From NCBI GenBank assembly GCA_963674825.1, contig OY771587.1, forward strand, positions 3,616,001-3,680,000: 64,000 nucleotides of DNA, in the 5' to 3' direction. Source of the stretch: Candidatus Cloacimonadales bacterium (GTDB lineage: Bacteria > Cloacimonadota > Cloacimonadia > Cloacimonadales > JAIOQZ01). The translations under genes were made by a program, and so were the position numbers. Positions 30,069 to 41,100 of this stretch are shown piece by piece (position 1 is the first letter of the stretch; every line of letters starts with the position of its first letter). Under the pieces are notes generated by a model. The model was not told the DNA's origin, did not search any database, and saw nothing but the letters and a program-made list of their open reading frames with translations.

Positions 30069-33000
30069 ATGAGACGATTCATCGTCCTGGCGTTATTACT
30101 GACGCCAATGCTTATACTTGCGAATGTCAATCTGAACCTTTCATTTGACCGCCCAGCACTTCGCGGAACCCATTTCGAGAATGTTACCGCGCGAATGATG
30201 GAAGCGGGAAATCCCGAATTACCGTACGAAACCGTCCGCATACTGTTACCATTCGGACACTCCATCGAGTCGGTGGAAGTCAATCTGACCGGTGAACAGA
30301 CCATGTATGATGTAGAAATCGACTATGCTCCGCTGCAGCAGCCGATCTCGATTGCAAATCCGCAGCTCGCATCCAGGAACGAAGCAGTCTATCGCAATGA
30401 CGCCAATTTCCCGGGTTACACTAATAAAAACCTTGGTGTCCAACGCATGAACGGTTACGACATCCTGCTGCTGAACGTCTATCCGTACCAGTACAATCCG
30501 GCGCAAAAGCAGCTTACCTGGTTTACCGATGCCGATATCGAAGTTGTCACCAGCGAAGACAATACACTGCGTGAACAGCAGAACCAATTCCTGGTGCAGT
30601 CAGATAAAGTGCTGGCATCCATTGCGCGTACCGTCAATAATCCGCAGCTTGCCACAACCTATACCAAAATGAACAGCAGACCTCCACGTGAAGTGGAAGG
30701 CCCCTACACGATGATCATCATCACTGACGCACAGCGTCAGCCATACTTCACCGACTTCATGACCTGGAAAGAAGAGCATGGAGTTACCTGCGGCCTCTTC
30801 CTGGTGGAAGACATTTATCCCGAATACGAAGGTATCGATCACGCGGAGCAGGTACGCAACTTCATCATCGACGCCTACACAACCTACGCCGGAACCGACA
30901 CGCCGCTTGAATTCGTGCTGCTTGGCGGTGACGACGAAATCTGCCCTGAACGCGGATGCTACGGACAGGTTGGCGGAACCATCGACAATCGTATCCCTAC
31001 TGACATGTATTTCGGTAACCTCGATGGTGGTTGGAACGATGACGGCGATGAAATTTGGGGCGAACTCGAAGACAACCCCGATCTGATGCCGGAAGTCGCC
31101 ATTGGACGTATGTCTGCCGAGACGGAAACCGAGTTCAACAACATCTTCAACAAGACCTATTACTACACCGATCAGACCACCTACAGCAATGATGTGGCGG
31201 CAATGTTCGGCGAGAACCTCAACACAAATCCCATGACTTGGGGCGGCGACTACAAAGATATGGTGTCACCAATCCTACCGGATGAATTCTATATCGAAAC
31301 CCGTTACGAACGCGACAACACATTCTCAACACAGGAAGTTATTGCTGCAATTAATGACGGTATTGGCATCATCAACCACATGGGGCACTCAAGCCAAACC
31401 TACAACATGGGGCTTTACAACAGCAACCTCTCTTCTCTGACCAACACCGAATACGGCATGGCATATTCCCAGGGTTGCTACCCGGCTGCATTCGATCAAC
31501 GCACCAGCCAGGATGGCGAATGTATCGCCGAAAACATCACCAACATGGAGCATGGCTTGTTCGCATATGTCGGTAACACCCGCTACGGCTGGTATGCACC
31601 CGGCAGCGTTTGGGGTGCTTCGGAATACTATGATATCAGCTTCTTCGAAGGTCTGTTCAATGAGAACATCCGGGCAATCGGTGAAGCGCTGAACTACTCC
31701 AAGGTCGATCTGATTAATGAGGCTGCCGGTGGTAGCGTTATGCTGTGGATCTACTACGAAATGATCGTTGTTGGCGATCCCAGCGTACAGATCAAGGATG
31801 CGACCGGCCTCTTCCCATATGTTACGGTAGAAGGCGCGTCTATCGAGGAAATCGAAGGCGATGGCGATGGTTATATCAATCCAGGCGAAACCGTTTGGAT
31901 CTACGTCGAACTTGCCAACCACGAAGGTTGGGCAGACGCACAGCAGGTTGTAGCAACTATCAGCTTCGAAGATGAATCGATAATCGTCGATAATGGAACA
32001 TCCGATTATGGCTTCATTCCAAGCGGAACTACATCCAGCAATGCGCTGAACCCATTCCAGATAACTGTGCCGGACGATACCGGATTCGCAGATATCAATT
32101 ACACCGTTGAAGTCACCGCTACTTCGGGAGAATACTCGTTCGTAAATAGCTACAGCGAAGTATTCTCCGTCAGCATGTTCCAGAGCAACTGGCCCTGGGC
32201 AAGCGGATATGACTTCAAGGCCGCACCGATTCCTTACGATATGACAGACGACGGCGTCATGGAAATCCTGGCGATCTCCGACGAGCTCGAAATCATAGCA
32301 CTCGATATCAACGCTGCCATGCTTGATGATTATCCCGTCGTCAACAATGAGCGCATCTGGCGCAGCACAGCCTTTGAGGATATCAATCAGGATGGACAGC
32401 CCGATATCGTTTTTGCCAGCCGCCTCGGTAAGATTGGCGCTTACAATCTCGATGGCACTCAGATATTCAGAAACGACGACGTTGCCGAGCAGCTCATGAC
32501 GCCGGTTGTGGCCGATATCGACGGCGACAGCCAATGGGATGTGATCTCGCTGGGTATCGACGGCAATCTTCATGCAATCAACCATAATGGCAATGAAATG
32601 AACGGCTTCCCCATCGAGCTGGAATCCACACTCGCCGAAATAGCAGCGGCAGATATGGATTCTGACGGAACGGACGAGATCATCGTTGGAACCAATGTCG
32701 GTAACGTTTATGTATTGCACTACGACGGATCGAACCTTGAAGGTTTCCCCATTGCGCTTGGATCGGGCGTGATTGGTGCTCCGGTAGTTCTTCCTGATCA
32801 CAGCATCGTTCTCGGTACCCAGGATGAGAAGCTCTATCGCATCGCTGCCGATGGTGAAATCCTGCTTGAACTCGAGATTGCCGGACGCGTCGCCAATTCG
32901 GTGATTGCTGCCGATTTCGATAATGACCTGGGCGTGGAACTCGCCTTCAATACCCATAACGGCTATATCTACGCAATGGAGAAAAACGGCGTCATCCTCG

Positions 33001-33653
33001 AAGGCTTCCCTATCGAGACAAGCGTTACCTTTATCAATCCTCCACTCGCGGCAGATTTCGACAACGACGACGAAGTCGAGATCATCTCGTTTTCGAGCCT
33101 GAGCAACCTCTACGCCTACAACCCGGACGGATCATCGATCGGTTTCTCACCGGTACCGATCCTTCTCGGTGGAAATACTCCTGGAACAATTATCGACCTC
33201 GATGGCGATAACGACCTTGAATTCATGTGCGGTAACGCAAGTGGCGTGGTGATCGTGGACTGCAAGATGCAGAAAGGCATGAAGATGCCCTGGTACACCT
33301 ACCGTGGTAACCTCCGCCGTACCGGATACTATCCGGACAGTCCTACGGATACAGACGATCCGACAGCTCCGGAATTCAGCACAGAGCTCAAGGGTAACTT
33401 CCCCAATCCGTTCAATCCTACAACGACCATCGCGTTCAGCCTTGCGAAGAAAGCAAACGTGGAGCTGAGCGTTTATAACATCCGCGGTCAGAAGGTGAAA
33501 ACACTGGTCAGCGGCGCGATGGATTCCGGTGAGCACCGGATCGAGTGGGATGGATCGGACGAAACCGGAAAATCGACATCATCAGGCGTCTATTTCTATC
33601 GCCTGAATGCAGGTGGTTACGACCATGTGCGTAAGATGCTGATGATAAAATAG
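30069..33653 (+). CDS. C25 (gingipain-family) cysteine peptidase with propeptide, FG-GAP-like repeats and C-terminal sorting-like domain
   Basis: VLLGGD, PEVAIGRM, INHMGHS, YSQGC; ADIDGD/ADMDSD repeats; NFPNPFNPTTTI. Confidence 0.92.
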   Translation: MRRFIVLALLLTPMLILANVNLNLSFDRPALRGTHFENVTARMMEAGNPELPYETVRILLPFGHSIESVEVNLTGEQTMYDVEIDYAPLQQPISIANPQLASRNEAVYRNDANFPGYTNKNLGVQRMNGYDILLLNVYPYQYNPAQKQLTWFTDADIEVVTSEDNTLREQQNQFLVQSDKVLASIARTVNNPQLATTYTKMNSRPPREVEGPYTMIIITDAQRQPYFTDFMTWKEEHGVTCGLFLVEDIYPEYEGIDHAEQVRNFIIDAYTTYAGTDTPLEFVLLGGDDEICPERGCYGQVGGTIDNRIPTDMYFGNLDGGWNDDGDEIWGELEDNPDLMPEVAIGRMSAETETEFNNIFNKTYYYTDQTTYSNDVAAMFGENLNTNPMTWGGDYKDMVSPILPDEFYIETRYERDNTFSTQEVIAAINDGIGIINHMGHSSQTYNMGLYNSNLSSLTNTEYGMAYSQGCYPAAFDQRTSQDGECIAENITNMEHGLFAYVGNTRYGWYAPGSVWGASEYYDISFFEGLFNENIRAIGEALNYSKVDLINEAAGGSVMLWIYYEMIVVGDPSVQIKDATGLFPYVTVEGASIEEIEGDGDGYINPGETVWIYVELANHEGWADAQQVVATISFEDESIIVDNGTSDYGFIPSGTTSSNALNPFQITVPDDTGFADINYTVEVTATSGEYSFVNSYSEVFSVSMFQSNWPWASGYDFKAAPIPYDMTDDGVMEILAISDELEIIALDINAAMLDDYPVVNNERIWRSTAFEDINQDGQPDIVFASRLGKIGAYNLDGTQIFRNDDVAEQLMTPVVADIDGDSQWDVISLGIDGNLHAINHNGNEMNGFPIELESTLAEIAAADMDSDGTDEIIVGTNVGNVYVLHYDGSNLEGFPIALGSGVIGAPVVLPDHSIVLGTQDEKLYRIAADGEILLELEIAGRVANSVIAADFDNDLGVELAFNTHNGYIYAMEKNGVILEGFPIETSVTFINPPLAADFDNDDEVEIISFSSLSNLYAYNPDGSSIGFSPVPILLGGNTPGTIIDLDGDNDLEFMCGNASGVVIVDCKMQKGMKMPWYTYRGNLRRTGYYPDSPTDTDDPTAPEFSTELKGNFPNPFNPTTTIAFSLAKKANVELSVYNIRGQKVKTLVSGAMDSGEHRIEWDGSDETGKSTSSGVYFYRLNAGGYDHVRKMLMIK

Positions 33654-33672
33654 TTAGACAGCAGCTTGATAT

Positions 33673-33706
33673 AGGGGCAAGTCACAGCGCTTGCCCCTTT
33701 TCTTTT
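33673..33706 (+). terminator. Rho-independent terminator
   Basis: AGGGGCAAG/CTTGCCCCT stem followed by a T-rich tail. Confidence 0.85.
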
Positions 33707-33782
33707 CTCACAAGCATATAAGTACTTGACATTCAATATTAAAAAAACAGCCATGAACGGATGATAACTTGAGGTTGAATCG

Positions 33783-35942
33783 ATGAAACGAATTATTCAA
33801 GCGATGCTAGGATACGCTGTCCCCGATGAGCATTTTATACAGGCTGCGTTAATTGACGCAGGACAAGATCAGATTACCGGAAGCTGTGCTTTTGAACCAA
33901 TAATAAACAAGCTTGTTCTTGGTTTCACGCTTTATTATCGCGGTCATTTGGAGAAATCGGACGAGACATTCAATAATCTGCTTGCCGGTATTCAAACATG
34001 TCACTGGGATTCACCAGAAAACATCTCCATGGACGAAATCATGGTATGCGCTCTGATCGGACGCTTCTATTACGCTCATGTTGCAAAAGGCCAAAAATTG
34101 AGTCTGCAATTTCATCACAGAGCAAAGAGCATTGCCAGCAGAAGCACCACCATTCCAGCCGATTCTATTGTCCGAAAGGTTCTTATGTTATTAGATGGGA
34201 TAGTGCAATCCTTTACCGGTGAAAACGTTGAGGCGATTTCAACGCTAACTTCACTTACCGAAACGACTGGCGATGGTGAGGGTAATTTACCAGAATATCT
34301 TCTTGCTGTAAATTCCCATCTACGGCTTGCCATCGCATTAATACGAATAAGAGATTATACAACGGCATCCGAGCATATTGAGAAGGGCCTTGTTTTAGCA
34401 AATCAGATCGGATACAAGCACGGTGTGGCAGAAGTGCTTCGCAGAAAAGCAATTCTCCTTGGTCACCAGAAAGATCATCGTGCGACGATCGAGTTATTGA
34501 ACAGCGCGCATGAAATTTTTGAAGTCACCGGTAACATTTATGGGCAAATTCAAACGCTTTCGAGCTTGGGGAGAAATTACAGTACGCATGAGACCAAACA
34601 TGCCGAATATTGTTTTCGAAAAGCAATCGAGCTGGCAAAAGCTCACAGATATGTGTTTGAACTGAGTAGCCTCTATTCCCTGATGGGCGACGTCCTCATG
34701 ATTCAGGGAAGGTTACAATCAGCTGAAAAATACTACATGCAGGATTACGCACTTTCACAGGATGATGAATCGATTCGAAGACGTGCCTATATCAACCGAA
34801 ATCTTGGCCGTATCTACCACATCCAGAACAAATTGGTTGATTCTGTGAGCCACTTGAGAAACGCCCTGGATGATTTTGAGAAAGTGGATGATAAGACCAA
34901 TTACGGCTATGTTGCCCTCAGGCTATGCCAATGCTATCTCGACATGGATTCTCTTCAAGAATCGCGTAAACTTGAGCAAAAAGTACGTGCCATTTTCGGA
35001 GTCAACAGCACATACGAATCTTCACTTTGTGATATGATGTTAGGGATGATCTATCGGAAGGAACAGAAAACAGAGGCAGCCATTCAAATCCTAAAAAAGA
35101 GTTTAGCAAATCAAGAAAGGTACGCGATGAGCTTTGCTTGTATTCGCACAAGGCTCGAACTTGCTTTCGCATTCAAAGACCTTGAAGATATTGAATCATA
35201 TAAAAACACGCTTGTAAGCATAATCAAGCTTTCCAGGCACCATTACATCCAGGAAATCGAAGATAAAGCGCTTGAATTACTCCGTGAAGTTGACGAAAAA
35301 GAGTGGTCGCGTCTTCGCAATATTGTATTTCTGGGAGTATCCTCAGATAAGCAAGAAAGCCGTATCGTCAATATGGCAATCATGTACGCCGATATCCGTA
35401 ACTACACTCACATTACCAATAACAACCAGGTTGAGCGTATCGCTGAATTCGTGAACGATTTTTTCAACATCGTCAGCCGGATTGTTTATACTCACGGCGG
35501 TCTCGTAAACAAATACATCGGTGATTGTGTAATGAGCTTGTTCGGGCTTGATAACGAGTATATCGACAATGAAGAGAAGCTGTTCCACGAGTCGGTTCAT
35601 TCTGCATACCTTGCCGCAATCGATATCGCCAGATCCACCCGGTTGTTGAAACGACGCTGGGATCTAAAGAGCGATATCGAGATCGGTATTGGAATTGCCA
35701 GTGGTCCGGTTGTTGCCGGTTATTTCGGAAGCTTGGAGCGGATGGAATTTTCTGTGATCGGATCGACTGTGAACAAAGCTTCCAGAATACAGAACCTTGC
35801 ATCAAGCAAACATGCATTGCTATGCGAGAACACAGCGATAATTCTGGGCGACCTACCTCAAATCAAACCCCATGATTCCGTAAGCTGTAAAGGTTTCCCT
35901 GAAATGGTCAAAGTGTCGGCATTGATTTATCCCAAATCATAA
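33783..35942 (+). CDS. TPR-repeat protein with C-terminal class III nucleotide cyclase
   Basis: Helical TPR-like repeats; MYADIRNYT, NKYIGDCVM, GIGIASGPVVAG, VIGSTVNKASRIQ. Confidence 0.9.
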   Translation: MKRIIQAMLGYAVPDEHFIQAALIDAGQDQITGSCAFEPIINKLVLGFTLYYRGHLEKSDETFNNLLAGIQTCHWDSPENISMDEIMVCALIGRFYYAHVAKGQKLSLQFHHRAKSIASRSTTIPADSIVRKVLMLLDGIVQSFTGENVEAISTLTSLTETTGDGEGNLPEYLLAVNSHLRLAIALIRIRDYTTASEHIEKGLVLANQIGYKHGVAEVLRRKAILLGHQKDHRATIELLNSAHEIFEVTGNIYGQIQTLSSLGRNYSTHETKHAEYCFRKAIELAKAHRYVFELSSLYSLMGDVLMIQGRLQSAEKYYMQDYALSQDDESIRRRAYINRNLGRIYHIQNKLVDSVSHLRNALDDFEKVDDKTNYGYVALRLCQCYLDMDSLQESRKLEQKVRAIFGVNSTYESSLCDMMLGMIYRKEQKTEAAIQILKKSLANQERYAMSFACIRTRLELAFAFKDLEDIESYKNTLVSIIKLSRHHYIQEIEDKALELLREVDEKEWSRLRNIVFLGVSSDKQESRIVNMAIMYADIRNYTHITNNNQVERIAEFVNDFFNIVSRIVYTHGGLVNKYIGDCVMSLFGLDNEYIDNEEKLFHESVHSAYLAAIDIARSTRLLKRRWDLKSDIEIGIGIASGPVVAGYFGSLERMEFSVIGSTVNKASRIQNLASSKHALLCENTAIILGDLPQIKPHDSVSCKGFPEMVKVSALIYPKS

Positions 35943-35949
35943 CCAGACT

Positions 35950-37467
35950 TTAAAACCGCCAGACATCCCCGTCCTTGATGAAATTGCCATTGGACAGGAT
36001 ATTGCATTCGGAATCGGTAATTACGAAGTCCTCGGGGCCGTGGAAGAAGCGGTTGCACGAATGCATATCATGGATCGATTGACCAGTGTAAATAACCATT
36101 CCCTTCTCGTAGTTCTGCGGATTCGGCAGACAGCAGACAATACGGAAATTCGTACCTTTATAGATACGATCCGCAATGAGCCGATCCGGCAACATCTGGA
36201 AGGGAAGCCTGTCAGAGTATTGATCCAGCCACCTGTTACCCGGACCAAACGCGATGATATGGCGTGTCGATAGATCCCGTTCCATTGCCTCCGTGTCGGT
36301 AATCTCCGTGCCACCAGTCCTATTCGAGATAAACTCGATTACAGGCAGGATATTTTCGGTAACACCTTCGTTTTCAGCCGGATCGGGGTAGATTATCCAG
36401 GCATCGAAGAGCGCACGATTGATTGGCCCAGCCATGGGGTAATCCTTGAGCGATGCAAGATATTCGTCGGGATCTTTCGCAAGCGCTTCCAGAGCCTCTT
36501 CGAACCGCGGGAAATAGTCGTTGAAAGCAAGTTCGGATTGCTCGTATTCTTCGCAGAGTCCATTTAGAAACCGGGTATAGAGAAATCCACACCGTTCCTC
36601 GTTTTCAATTGCGCTCTCGAGATTATAATCACCATCCATCCGCTTTAAAATACGAATTACAGCAATCCGCACAAATTGCTCGATTACAACCACCCACCAA
36701 TGATTGTACGCGTTGTACATCCTTTTGAGTAGCTTGTCGGTCTGGAGGTTTTCTGTAGTATTCCACCTATAAATGTCCTGCATGACGATCGGATTGACAT
36801 AGCTATGGCTGAACTCATGGATAATGGTGATAAGGTCGTCGTTACCCATGATGCAGAAATTGTGCTGATTGCCATTGGAATCCACGATGCAAGGCCCATA
36901 ACCCGAGAGAGGTATCAATGGCGCGAAAATAAAGGTGAAGTCACCCGAACGATAACCATACCAGTTTGTAATAGCTTCCACAACGTTCGATCTGGAATAT
37001 TTCTCGGTGAGCATGTCTAATTGCTTCTGATAGTAAGCATCCTGCGAAAGCATGAAATCCGCAAAACGACTCACTTCCGCAAAATCGTTCATCAGGTCGA
37101 TCCACGAGTCGAATTCCACATCATTGCCAATTTCCTCGAGCCTGGCATACTGGCTGACACCCACATGCTCCTCATATCTAAAGCATCTATCTACCAGCGG
37201 AACTCCCTCATAGCGTAGCATATATTGTACTGGTGCGTCATTATTGAAATCCCGCTCCTCCAGAGATTTCATTTTCGACACAACCGGATGATCTACGAAG
37301 GGCATGAACCACGCATCGACTTCATCGCTATAACCATATCCATCATTATGTACCATTTCGCTTCCTGATAAACGTTGTACGATCGTAAGCAGTTCAATTC
37401 GTGGATCGATCATCAAAATGAGTCCGTTGCAGTGCCGCATAATGGGAGCGATCAATTTCGATGGCAT
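35950..37467 (-). CDS. DUF4932-like protein with HExxH motif (putative metallopeptidase)
   Basis: IDPRIELL, IHEFSHSYVNP; GGAGG RBS before MPSKL. Confidence 0.7.
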   Translation of the reverse strand: MPSKLIAPIMRHCNGLILMIDPRIELLTIVQRLSGSEMVHNDGYGYSDEVDAWFMPFVDHPVVSKMKSLEERDFNNDAPVQYMLRYEGVPLVDRCFRYEEHVGVSQYARLEEIGNDVEFDSWIDLMNDFAEVSRFADFMLSQDAYYQKQLDMLTEKYSRSNVVEAITNWYGYRSGDFTFIFAPLIPLSGYGPCIVDSNGNQHNFCIMGNDDLITIIHEFSHSYVNPIVMQDIYRWNTTENLQTDKLLKRMYNAYNHWWVVVIEQFVRIAVIRILKRMDGDYNLESAIENEERCGFLYTRFLNGLCEEYEQSELAFNDYFPRFEEALEALAKDPDEYLASLKDYPMAGPINRALFDAWIIYPDPAENEGVTENILPVIEFISNRTGGTEITDTEAMERDLSTRHIIAFGPGNRWLDQYSDRLPFQMLPDRLIADRIYKGTNFRIVCCLPNPQNYEKGMVIYTGQSIHDMHSCNRFFHGPEDFVITDSECNILSNGNFIKDGDVWRF

Positions 37468-37613
37468 AGGGTCCTCCGGTTGAATAAATTGAGGAATATC
37501 AACAAGAGTGTTCCACAACATGATTGTCAAGGTATAACCATGATCAAAATTTTATCTTGACATATTTCGCTGAGCGCTTACTCATTGACACGAAACTCAA
37601 CAAAGGCGGATTC

Positions 37614-38189
37614 ATGAGTAATAAGCGACAGTTGCAAAAGATACAAACCAGGAAAAACATCTTTAATACCGCCAAAATGATGTTTCTTCAGCGCGGATTC
37701 ATCGATGTCACCACTGCGGAAATCGCCAAGGAAGCAGGCGTCGCGCACGGTACGATATTCGTACATTTCCCGACTCGCGAAGATCTCGTCCTGTCCGTAA
37801 TCGACAGTGAAATGAGCGGTGCACAGGAACACATCGACCGGCTTCTCACACATTCCGGAAACTTTGTCGATCTTGCCATCAGCTATCTGGATTACCTCGC
37901 TGGAAATGAATCGTTCCACGCGCTGATCGCACGAGAATTGCCATTCTATAAGCCTGGATTGCGTGACCGCATCATTTTCCGGCAAGCGCTGATCCAAATG
38001 CAATTTGCCGATATCCTCAAACACGAACAGGTACCGAATCCGACCGGAATCGTGCAGTACCTCTTCGGGATGTCGCACTACTATCTTTCGATGCGAGACG
38101 TCTTCAATACGGAAGGCAGCGTAATCGAGCGGTTCAAGAAATCGATGATCGATACCATTAAAATCATGATGGGAGGCTCAGACCAATGA
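37614..38189 (+). CDS. TetR/AcrR-family regulator
   Basis: TTAEIAKEAGVAHGTIFVHFPTREDL. Confidence 0.92.
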   Translation: MSNKRQLQKIQTRKNIFNTAKMMFLQRGFIDVTTAEIAKEAGVAHGTIFVHFPTREDLVLSVIDSEMSGAQEHIDRLLTHSGNFVDLAISYLDYLAGNESFHALIARELPFYKPGLRDRIIFRQALIQMQFADILKHEQVPNPTGIVQYLFGMSHYYLSMRDVFNTEGSVIERFKKSMIDTIKIMMGGSDQ

Positions 38190-41100
38190 AACGATGCAAG
38201 AGTTGCGGTAAAATTTTGGACGACGACAGGACCTATTGCGACAACTGCGCAGACGAAACCGGACGTCGAAGAAGATACGGCGAGATCGTCGAGCGCATGG
38301 CCGAACGCATGAGCAGTGATCTGGGCTACTCCAAAGACTTTGCGGAAACGCTGACCCAAAACAACATGAAACAACTGCCAAGCTGGGCGCGGAAAGGAGA
38401 CAGGATGAAAGACCGCATTATAATCACCGACATCGGAAGCACAACAACCAAAGCAATCCTGCTGGTTCGAGATATGGACGGCAGCAGAATGTACGGACCC
38501 GTTCACGCACCGACGACCGTCGAGAAACCATTCGAAGACGTTATGCAGGGTGTGATCAATAGCCTTGACGAACTTCAGAAGAAAACGGGTCAGAAAACAC
38601 TCACGGATTCTGGCAACGCGATAGATTCCGAAAGCCTTTACCTTACCACCAGCAGCGCCGGGGGCGGCTTGCAGATTCTCGTTGTGGGACTCACCGTATT
38701 CGATTCAGCCAGCAGTGCCAGACGTGCTTCCTACGGTGCCGGCGGTGTACTCCTGGATGTATTCGCCATCGATGACAAACGATCCGCGATTGAGCAGATG
38801 CTTGCTATGCAGCGACTCTTCCCGGATATCATTCTTTTTTCGGGCGGGATCGACGGGGGGGCGGTCGCAGGCTTGATCCGGCTTGGTGAACTCCTTTCAA
38901 TGGCAAATCCGCAAGCGAAATTTGGAGGAGAGGACAAAGTTCCGCTGGTATACGCCGGTAATAAAGACGCGCAGAAAGTGATGGACGTCATTTTCCGAAA
39001 GGGCTTTGACTTACATATCGTACCCAACCTCCGTCCCACCATGACCGATGAGAATCTTGAACCCGCGTGCGAAAAGATCCACCAGCTTTTCATGGATCAT
39101 GTAATGGAACGCGCTCCGGGATATTCTGCATTAAAAACGATCGTCGGCGATGACATCATCCCTACTCCGACCGGTGTCATGAAATCGATGCAGATTCTCA
39201 GCGAAACGCTCGACACCAACATCATGGCCGTCGATATCGGAGGCGCAACCACCGACATTTTCTCCAATATTATGGGCAATTTCTATCGCACCGTTAGCGC
39301 TAATTACGGCATGAGCTACAGCATAGCCAACGTAATGAAAGACGCCACCCGCGATAAGCTGCTTGCCATGCTGCCATCGGAAATCGACGGAAAATATGTA
39401 ACCAACTACATCGGCAACAAGATGCTCTTCCCCACCACCTACCCTGAAGGAACCGTGCAGTTTGCCATCGAACGGGCCGCATCCGCGCTGGCAATCGCGA
39501 TGTCCAAACGACAACACATGGAGATGCATTTCAACGCGGAGCAGATCGGTTTCCTCGACCGTTTCAAGAACCGCGATTTCGATAAATTCACCGAAACCGT
39601 TTACTACAACCAGAAGATGCAGGAACGCCGCTTCCATCCGCGCGATCTCAACGTCATGATCGGTGCCGGTGGCGTAATCGCGGCAGCAAAGGATCCCAAA
39701 GACGCGCTTATGATGGTCGTCGATGGTCTGCAACCACTCGGCATCACCGAAATCTGGCGCGACCGTCATTTCACCTCTCCGCACCTGGGGAAACTCAGCG
39801 ATATTGACGAAGATCTGGCCCGGAAGCTTCTCCTGAATGATTGCTATGAAAAGCTTGCGATGGTCGTCACCCCGATGTCGCGCAAGATAAAACCCGGCAG
39901 AATGGTAATGACCGTTCAATGTGATCATGATTCATTTACCATCTCCGCTGGGCAGTTGCGCTATCTGGACAATCCCGAGCGCAAGACCCGGAAAGTCACA
40001 ATAGAACTTGAGAAAAACGTCTATCTGCAAGATAACGAACGCACTGCGAGCTTCGAGACCGATTTACCGATCCTGATTGACGCTCGTTTTGGAAAGATAG
40101 CCGCTTCTGAAGTGGAACAAACGAAGCTTCAACCGATCGAAGCCCATTTCCATAACGACAGACAAGATCGTGTCGTGGAAGGCGATGACGAATTGACCAT
40201 CGAGCTGCCGTATCCGGGCGATATTCTGGTCAACGAAGGTGATCTTGTTCGTGCCGATACGCTTGTCGGTGAAATCCTGTATGATCCACCCCACATCTAT
40301 ATCGTGGAGCTCTTCAACGTGAAAGAACTCGATCTCGATCAGCACAATCTGAGCGAGTTCATCCAAGTGAAAGTGGGAGACAAGGTTGAGATGGGACAGA
40401 ATTTGATTGATCGAGGAAAATCGACGTTTATCGAAGAGCTGCGCGGTAGAGTGCGGACCTTCCAGTCGCCGGTTCGTGGACAAGTAGATAAAATCAATTA
40501 CGAAGACGGCACCATTGTTATGCGTGAGATTCAAGACTACTCGAATAAACCGAAGAAAATCGACGTAGCGCACAAACTTGGCGTGAAACCACAGCAGATC
40601 AGAGCCTATTTAAAGAAACAGAAAGGTGATTTCGTTCACGCCAGCGAAGTGATCGCCAAGCGTCTGGTGGATAACCAGGATGGCAAAATGCCGATGTTTG
40701 TCCATACACCCACCACAGGAACGATCACCGATGTCGATCTGAAAAACGGGACCGTGACAGTTCAATACAACAAAGAGCCCTATCGCCGCTACGCCAACCT
40801 GACAGGAACGGTGATGAAGGTGATTCCGAATCATTCTGCTACAATCCGCTATCGCGGTACGCAATTCGACGGTGTTATCGGTTTCGGTGGTGAAGCTGGC
40901 GCGACCCTGCATTGGATGACCAATGAGCATGATTTCAAGACAGGCTGCATCAATGCGTATGGCCATAAAATCCATCCACAAATGCTTCTGGGAGCGAAGA
41001 AAGCCGGAATCGTGGGACTCATTGCACCGGGAATCGATTTCGACGATATAAACGACTTCCTCTCGCAGCCGATCGGCGTTGGCCTCACCGGCAACGAGAA

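Noticed and set aside
31389..32957. 522-aa antisense ORF, and similar ones such as 23181..24089, 29029..29730, 39131..39928, 57930..58715 and 62630..63697
   Set aside because: Shadow frames opposite well-supported genes, explained by codon bias; no recognisable motifs
37557..37590. TetR operator TGAG-N6-CTCA overlapping a TTGACA promoter
   Set aside because: Plausible, but only 4-bp arms and no good -10 box; too weak to call
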